Assembly: GCF_056746865.1 (NCBI RefSeq)
Contig: NZ_CM163382.1
Reading direction: 5' to 3' (one strand)
Length of the DNA: 64,000 nucleotides
Shown here: positions 58,449-64,000 of the stretch, piece by piece
Layout of the letters: each line of letters begins with the position of its first letter
Numbering within the stretch: the first letter of the stretch is position 1
Position numbers and translations under genes: made by a program
The notes under the pieces: generated by a model
What the model was told of the DNA's origin: nothing
What the model saw: the letters and a program-made list of their open reading frames with translations, nothing else
Databases searched by the model: none

Positions 58449-59321
58449 TCAGAAGAAAATCCAGTTCCATACAGCGCGGGCAACAGAGACCACCGAGTCA
58501 CGGACGGCACGCAGAACCGTGCGTGCAACAGAGGCAATACAGACGCTCTCCGCCGTGTCAAATATCCGGTCCACCGCACCGGTAAACTGTTCACGGGCCT
58601 GAGACCGGACAGATTCCGTGCGCAGCTCGTCCTGCAGGCGGGTCATCAGGGGACTGGCGGCATGGTCGGGAAGCGCTGTCATGAGCGCACTGACCAGCGT
58701 ATCCAGTTCCCAGCCGGTGCAGGCCGATACGGCCACAACCGGATGTACGGGTCGGAACAGCCGGAATACCGCATCTGTTTTCTCACGAATGTTCTGTGCC
58801 TGTGCGGGAGAAGGCTGAATGCCGGCCATATCCCATTCATGGCAGGGCTCCGTTTTGTCGGCCTGCGTCACCACAAACAGTACCCGCTGATGTCCCCGGT
58901 GCAGGATGTGTCGCCAGAAATACTCATCCACAGACAGGGCACGGTCATCGGCTTTAATCAGCCACAGTACCAGGTCAAGTTCAGGCAGAATGTTACGGTA
59001 CAGGGCTTCATACTCTGCATCCCTGTCCCGGCTCTCGCCCACCCCGGGCAGGTCAGTGATAATCATGCTGTGACCGTGGCCACTCAGACGGAAGCGCTGC
59101 ACTTCCCGGGTGCCGGCGTGAACATCACTGACCGGTGTGACTTCCCCCTGAAACAGCGCATTACAGAGTGAGGATTTACCGGCCCCGCTTTTACCCATAA
59201 TGCCAATCACGGGTTCGTGGCTGGTGAGTTTACGCAGATGTTCCAGGATGTGACGGGAAAGCGAATAAGGCAGGGAGGAGAGCGGTTTTTCAATTGCCTC
59301 AATGGCATCAGACGGATTCAT
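58449..59321 (-). CDS. YfjP/YeeP/YkfA-family GTPase
   Basis: P-loop GKSGAGKSS, G3 DLPG, G4 TQADK; start taken at MNPSDAIEAIEK (ORF extends to 59360). Confidence 0.75.
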   Translation of the reverse strand: MNPSDAIEAIEKPLSSLPYSLSRHILEHLRKLTSHEPVIGIMGKSGAGKSSLCNALFQGEVTPVSDVHAGTREVQRFRLSGHGHSMIITDLPGVGESRDRDAEYEALYRNILPELDLVLWLIKADDRALSVDEYFWRHILHRGHQRVLFVVTQADKTEPCHEWDMAGIQPSPAQAQNIREKTDAVFRLFRPVHPVVAVSACTGWELDTLVSALMTALPDHAASPLMTRLQDELRTESVRSQAREQFTGAVDRIFDTAESVCIASVARTVLRAVRDSVVSVARAVWNWIFF

Positions 59322-59584
59322 ATATGTATTCCCGGTGAAAAAAGACAAAACCCCGCGCACCGGAAAGGTGGCGGGGGATTCACGGAGATAATATCTGTCT
59401 GAAATTATTTAGAATGCACCTGGTGCACTGCAAAGGAAAGGCAGTATTCCGTTCCTCCTCCTTGTCGTGAATACCCCAGGTATCTCACAATGTACACCGA
59501 CTTACTCCGGGGCTGCCTGAACCACAAGATTGCTGTAGAATTGCCCCCAATGATTCAGGTCCAAACCAGGCAAATGGATTAAAA

Positions 59585-61141
59585 ATGACAAGTATTCAAC
59601 AACGAGCAGAACTGCACCGCCAGATATGGCAAATTGCCAATGATGTCAGAGGTTCTGTTGACGGATGGGATTTTAAGCAATACGTTCTGGGCGCACTTTT
59701 CTACCGTTTTATCAGCGAAAATTTTTCCAGTTATATTGAAGCCGGTGATGACAGTATCTGTTATGCGAAACTGGATGACAGCGTAATTACTGATGACATT
59801 AAAGACGATGCCATCAAAACTAAAGGCTACTTCATCTACCCCAGTCAGCTTTTCTGCAACGTAGCGGCGAAAGCAAATACTAATGACAGGCTGAATGCAG
59901 ATTTAAACAGCATCTTCGTTGCTATCGAAAGTTCTGCTTACGGTTATCCTTCAGAAGCTGACATCAAAGGTTTGTTTGCTGATTTCGATACCACCAGTAA
60001 CCGCCTGGGTAACACCGTTAAGGATAAAAATGCCCGCCTGGCTGCGGTTCTGAAAGGGGTTGAAGGGTTAAAACTTGGTGACTTCAACGAACATCAGATT
60101 GACCTGTTCGGTGATGCCTATGAGTTCCTGATTTCTAACTATGCGGCAAATGCCGGTAAGTCAGGCGGTGAGTTCTTTACACCGCAGCACGTCTCCAGGC
60201 TGATTGCACAACTGGCTATGCACGGGCAGACCAGCGTTAACAAAATCTACGACCCGGCAGCGGGTTCCGGCTCACTGTTGTTGCAGGCGAAAAAACAGTT
60301 TGATAACCACATCATCGAAGAAGGCTTTTTCGGTCAGGAAATCAACCATACGACCTATAACCTGGCGCGTATGAACATGTTTTTGCACAACATCAACTAC
60401 GACAAGTTTGATATCAAGCTGGGTAATACACTGACTGAGCCACACTTCAGAGATGAAAAACCGTTTGATGCCATCGTTTCTAACCCGCCGTATTCGGTGA
60501 AATGGATTGGCAGCGATGACCCGACGCTGATTAACGATGAACGTTTTGCCCCGGCTGGCGTTCTGGCCCCCAAATCAAAAGCTGACTTCGCCTTTGTACT
60601 ACATGCGCTGAACTATCTTTCTGCCAAAGGTCGCGCCGCGATTGTCTGCTTCCCGGGTATTTTTTACCGTGGCGGCGCGGAGCAGAAAATCCGTCAGTAT
60701 CTGGTCGATAATAACTATGTCGAAACCGTGATTTCACTGGCACCGAACCTGTTCTTTGGCACCACCATTGCCGTCAATATTCTGGTGCTGTCTAAACATA
60801 AAACGGATACCAAAGTTCAGTTTATTGACGCCAGCGAACTGTTCAAAAAAGAGACTAATAACAACATCCTGACCGATGCTCATATCGAACAGATTATGCA
60901 GGTATTTGCCGGCAAGGAAGATGTTGCTCATCTGGCGAAATCTGTCACGTTTGAGACTGTTGTCGCGAATGACTATAACCTGTCGGTGAGCAGCTATGTG
61001 GAAGCGAAAGATAACCGCGAAGTGGTGGACATTGCTCAGCTCAACGCCGAGCTGAAATCTACTGTCGCCAGGATTGACCAGCTTCGCAGGGATATTGATG
61101 CCATCGTCGCTGAAATTGAAGGCGAGGAGCAGGAGGCATGA
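59585..61141 (+). CDS. hsdM: Type I restriction-modification methyltransferase subunit HsdM (type IC, EcoR124-like)
   Basis: 518 aa; SAM-binding DPAAGSGS and catalytic NPPY motif; overlaps hsdS by 4 nt. Confidence 0.9.
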   Translation: MTSIQQRAELHRQIWQIANDVRGSVDGWDFKQYVLGALFYRFISENFSSYIEAGDDSICYAKLDDSVITDDIKDDAIKTKGYFIYPSQLFCNVAAKANTNDRLNADLNSIFVAIESSAYGYPSEADIKGLFADFDTTSNRLGNTVKDKNARLAAVLKGVEGLKLGDFNEHQIDLFGDAYEFLISNYAANAGKSGGEFFTPQHVSRLIAQLAMHGQTSVNKIYDPAAGSGSLLLQAKKQFDNHIIEEGFFGQEINHTTYNLARMNMFLHNINYDKFDIKLGNTLTEPHFRDEKPFDAIVSNPPYSVKWIGSDDPTLINDERFAPAGVLAPKSKADFAFVLHALNYLSAKGRAAIVCFPGIFYRGGAEQKIRQYLVDNNYVETVISLAPNLFFGTTIAVNILVLSKHKTDTKVQFIDASELFKKETNNNILTDAHIEQIMQVFAGKEDVAHLAKSVTFETVVANDYNLSVSSYVEAKDNREVVDIAQLNAELKSTVARIDQLRRDIDAIVAEIEGEEQEA

Positions 61142-62343
61142 GTAGCGTGAACTTCTTGGAAAAGCTGTTGGATGGCGTTGAGGTCGAGTGGAAGACACTT
61201 GGGCAAACTTGCAAAATTGAAACAGGAAAGCTTAATGCGAATGCGGCTGTTGATGATGGAGAGTATATGTTCTTCACGACAGCCAAAGAGACAAGCAAAA
61301 TTGATAAATTCCGCTGGGATACAGAGGCATTGCTGATTGCAGGCAATGCGAATGTTGGTGAGGTGAAGCATTACATCGGCAAGTTTGAGGCTTATCAGCG
61401 CACCTATGTTCTGACAAATTTCGACGAAAATGTAAGTGTTAGATTTTTGTATTTTGTGCTTAGCCATAGCCTGAAGAAATATCTCGAGGAAAGAACAAAT
61501 AGCGCGGCAATGACATATATCGTGCTATCAACCTTAGAGAATTTCCCTATCCCCATCCCCTGCCCAGGCAACCCCCAAAAATCCCTTGCCATCCAGTCTG
61601 AAATCGTTCGGATTCTGGATAAATTTACTGCACTTACCGCTGAGCTTACCGCTGAGCTTAACATGCGTAAAAAACAGTACAACTACTATCGCGACCAGTT
61701 GTTGAGTTTTAAAGAGGGTGAGGTTGAGTGGAAGACTTTGGGGGAAATTGGAGATTTTACATATGGATATGCAGCCAAAGCCATGGATTCAGGAGATGCC
61801 CGTTTCGTGAGAATTACTGACATAAATAAAGACGGGAAGCTATCGAAAGAAAACCCAATGTACGTTGAATTAAATGAGGAAAATGAGAAATATACCTTAG
61901 ACAAAAATGATTTACTCATGGCAAGAACTGGGGCAACCTTTGGTAAAACAATGATTTTTGAAGAAGATTATCCAGCAGTATACGCTGGTTTTTTAATAAA
62001 GTTGAACCTAAATAAAACGATTATTAATGCCAAATATTACTGGCACTTTGCACAAAGTGATTTTTTTTGGGAACAGGCTAATAAATTAGTATCTGGTGGT
62101 GGGCAACCACAGTTTAATGCTAATGCACTGAAACAAGTCAGAGTACCTATTCCATACCCATCTCACCCTCAAAAATCTTTAGACGAACAGGGGCGTATTG
62201 TGGATATTCTGGATAAGTTTGATGCAATCGCAGCTTCCATCACCGAAGGTCTCCCGCGTGAAATCGAGTTACGTCAAAAACAATACGAATACTATCGTGA
62301 TTTACTGCTCAGTTTCCCAAAACCTGAAACTGTCAGTAAATAA
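61138..62343 (+). CDS. hsdS: Type I R-M specificity subunit HsdS (type IC)
   Basis: 401 aa; two TRDs separated by central conserved region with TAELTAEL repeat and conserved KKQYxYYRDxLLSF blocks after each TRD. Confidence 0.85.
   Translation: MSSVNFLEKLLDGVEVEWKTLGQTCKIETGKLNANAAVDDGEYMFFTTAKETSKIDKFRWDTEALLIAGNANVGEVKHYIGKFEAYQRTYVLTNFDENVSVRFLYFVLSHSLKKYLEERTNSAAMTYIVLSTLENFPIPIPCPGNPQKSLAIQSEIVRILDKFTALTAELTAELNMRKKQYNYYRDQLLSFKEGEVEWKTLGEIGDFTYGYAAKAMDSGDARFVRITDINKDGKLSKENPMYVELNEENEKYTLDKNDLLMARTGATFGKTMIFEEDYPAVYAGFLIKLNLNKTIINAKYYWHFAQSDFFWEQANKLVSGGGQPQFNANALKQVRVPIPYPSHPQKSLDEQGRIVDILDKFDAIAASITEGLPREIELRQKQYEYYRDLLLSFPKPETVSK
61627..61659 (+). repeat. Tandem 12-bp repeat (ACCGCTGAGCTT x2, preceded by partial ACTGCACTT) encoding TAEL-TAEL in hsdS
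   Basis: Direct reading of hsdS codons 164-174: [11 protein letters not shown]. Confidence 0.8.
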
Positions 62344-62464
62344 TTGACCATTGCTACCGACCGGGCCTCCTTAACATCCGGTCAGTATATAGACTATTTT
62401 TTACGCGCCGGAAGTCACTCTTAACGCCCTTCCGGCTCTTGCCAGGCGGCACAAAGGATGCGCT

Positions 62465-64000
62465 ATGACTCATCAAACACACACCATTGCTGAATCCAAT
62501 AACTTTATCGTCCTTGATAAGTACATCAAAGCTGAGCAAACAAGCGACAGCTACCAGAGCGAATCGGACCTGGAACGTGAACTGATTCAGGACCTGCGGA
62601 ATCAGGGTTATGAATTTATTTCCGTAAAATCACAGTCGGCAATGCTGTCTAATGTTCGGGAACAGCTTCAGAGCCTCAATGGTGTGATGTTTAATGACAG
62701 CGAGTGGCGGCGCTTCACGGAGCAGTATCTGGACAACCCCAGCGATGGTATTCTGGATAAAACCCGTAAAATCCATATCGACTATATCTGCGACTTTATT
62801 TTTGACGACGGGCGACTTGAGAACATCTATTTGATAGATAAAAAGAATCTCATGCGCAATAAGGTGCAGATTATCCAGCAGTTTGAACAGACGGGTTCTC
62901 ATGCTAACCGTTATGACGTCACGATCCTGGTTAATGGTTTACCGCTGGTGCAAATCGAACTAAAAAAACGCGGGGTGGCGATTCGTGAGGCTTTCAACCA
63001 GATACATCGTTACAGTAAAGAGAGTTTTAACAGCGAAAATTCCCTGTTTAAGTATCTGCAACTGTTTGTCATTTCTAACGGCACCGATACCCGTTATTTT
63101 GCCAACACGACAAAGCGCGATAAAAACAGTTTTGACTTCACCATGAATTGGGCGAAATCAGACAACACGCTGATTAAAGACCTCAAAGACTTTACCGCTA
63201 CCTTTTTCCAGAAACATACTCTGCTGAATGTTCTGGTGAACTACAGCGTTTTTGACAGTAGTCAGACGCTACTGGTGATGCGACCGTACCAGATTGCCGC
63301 CACCGAGCGCATTCTGTGGAAAATTAAGAGTTCCTTTACAGCGAAGAACTGGTCAAAACCGGAAAGCGGTGGGTATATCTGGCACACTACCGGTTCTGGT
63401 AAAACCCTCACCAGCTTTAAAGCCGCGCGTCTGGCAACAGAGCTGGACTTTATTGATAAAGTCTTCTTTGTGGTCGACAGGAAAGACCTCGATTACCAGA
63501 CCATGAAGGAATATCAGCGTTTTTCGCCAGACAGCGTCAACGGCTCGGAAAATACCGCAGGCCTTAAACGAAATCTGGATAAGGACGATAACAAAATTAT
63601 CGTCACTACTATTCAGAAACTCAATAACCTGATGAAAGCAGAAAGCGACCTGCCTGTATATAATCAGCAAGTGGTGTTTATATTTGATGAATGCCACCGC
63701 AGCCAGTTTGGAGAAGCGCAGAAAAACCTGAAGAAGAAATTCAAACGCTATTATCAGTTTGGTTTTACCGGCACCCCTATTTTCCCGGAAAACGCCTTAG
63801 GCTCAGAAACAACCGCCAGCGTATTTGGCCGTGAATTGCATTCGTATGTGATTACCGATGCGATTCGTGACGAAAAAGTGCTCAAATTCAAGGTGGACTA
63901 CAACGATGTGCGGCCACAGTTTAAGTCTTTAGAGACAGAAACTGACGAGAAAAAACTGAGTGCGGCTGAAAATCAGCAGGCGTTTCTTCACCCCATGCGT
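62465..64000 (+). CDS. hsdR: Type I restriction endonuclease subunit HsdR (type IC), 5' portion only, truncated by window end
   Basis: In-frame translation [20 protein letters not shown]...; helicase motif I TGSGKT and motif II DECH; open to window end (not in ORF track because no stop). Confidence 0.9.
   Translation, partial: MTHQTHTIAESNNFIVLDKYIKAEQTSDSYQSESDLERELIQDLRNQGYEFISVKSQSAMLSNVREQLQSLNGVMFNDSEWRRFTEQYLDNPSDGILDKTRKIHIDYICDFIFDDGRLENIYLIDKKNLMRNKVQIIQQFEQTGSHANRYDVTILVNGLPLVQIELKKRGVAIREAFNQIHRYSKESFNSENSLFKYLQLFVISNGTDTRYFANTTKRDKNSFDFTMNWAKSDNTLIKDLKDFTATFFQKHTLLNVLVNYSVFDSSQTLLVMRPYQIAATERILWKIKSSFTAKNWSKPESGGYIWHTTGSGKTLTSFKAARLATELDFIDKVFFVVDRKDLDYQTMKEYQRFSPDSVNGSENTAGLKRNLDKDDNKIIVTTIQKLNNLMKAESDLPVYNQQVVFIFDECHRSQFGEAQKNLKKKFKRYYQFGFTGTPIFPENALGSETTASVFGRELHSYVITDAIRDEKVLKFKVDYNDVRPQFKSLETETDEKKLSAAENQQAFLHPMR

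Larger units (their letters stand above)
50122..64000. mobile_element. tRNA-Ile-associated genomic island (CP4-like island plus type IC R-M); right boundary beyond window
   Basis: Starts right after tRNA terminator; gene content typical of E. coli CP4-44/CP4-57-type islands (Ag43, YfjP GTPase, DUF932, ArdB, RadC, YeeT, CbeA/CbtA) plus hsdMSR; no integrase seen inside the window. Confidence 0.6.

Noticed and set aside
58341-59171. 276-aa plus-strand ORF overlapping the GTPase gene and Ag43 leader
   Set aside because: Antisense to the P-loop GTPase, which has intact G-motifs; Arg/His-rich translation with no homology features.
62344-62464. Looked for a prrC-like anticodon nuclease between hsdS and hsdR (as in EcoprrI)
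   Set aside because: Only about 120 bp of intergenic sequence; no ORF present.
50079-64000. Looked for an integrase/recombinase, transposase or IS element within the island
   Set aside because: No ORF with integrase or transposase features found in the window; may lie beyond the right edge.

Overview
This window reads as an Escherichia coli chromosomal segment that is mostly conserved core genome, followed by a horizontally acquired island at its right end. All protein identifications are from reading the supplied translations against remembered protein families; no database search was run.

Core backbone, left to right: ftsP (5' end only), plsC, parC, ygiS, mqsR-mqsA, ygiV, ygiW, qseBC, ygiZ, mdaB, ygiN, parE, yqiA, cpdA, yqiB, nudF, tolC-ygiBC, ygiD, zupT, ribB with its FMN riboswitch, ubiK, glgS, yqiJK, two ibs/sib toxin-antisense units, hldE, glnE, ygiF, ygiM, cca, uppP, folB, plsY, ttdR-ttdABT, tsaD, rpsU-dnaG-rpoD, mug and tRNA-Ile(CAU).

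Two accessory insertions stand out. Between ygiC and ygiD sits an assT-dsbL-dsbI cassette (arylsulfate sulfotransferase with its own DsbA/DsbB paralogues) behind a very AT-rich leader. Immediately 3' of the tRNA-Ile gene begins a CP4-like island, all on the minus strand: three uncharacterised ORFs, a CbtA/CbeA toxin-antitoxin pair with a YeeT-like gene, a RadC-like protein, an ArdB/KlcA-like antirestriction protein, a DUF932 protein, an Antigen 43 autotransporter with a three-GATC phase-variation switch, and a YfjP-family GTPase. It is followed on the plus strand by a complete EcoR124-like type IC restriction-modification operon (hsdM, hsdS with a TAEL-coding 12-bp tandem repeat, and hsdR truncated at the window edge).

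I found no CRISPR array, rRNA or integrase in the window. Nothing here is demonstrably a new system from sequence alone; the most promising leads are the specificity of the type IC hsdS and the uncharacterised island ORFs.
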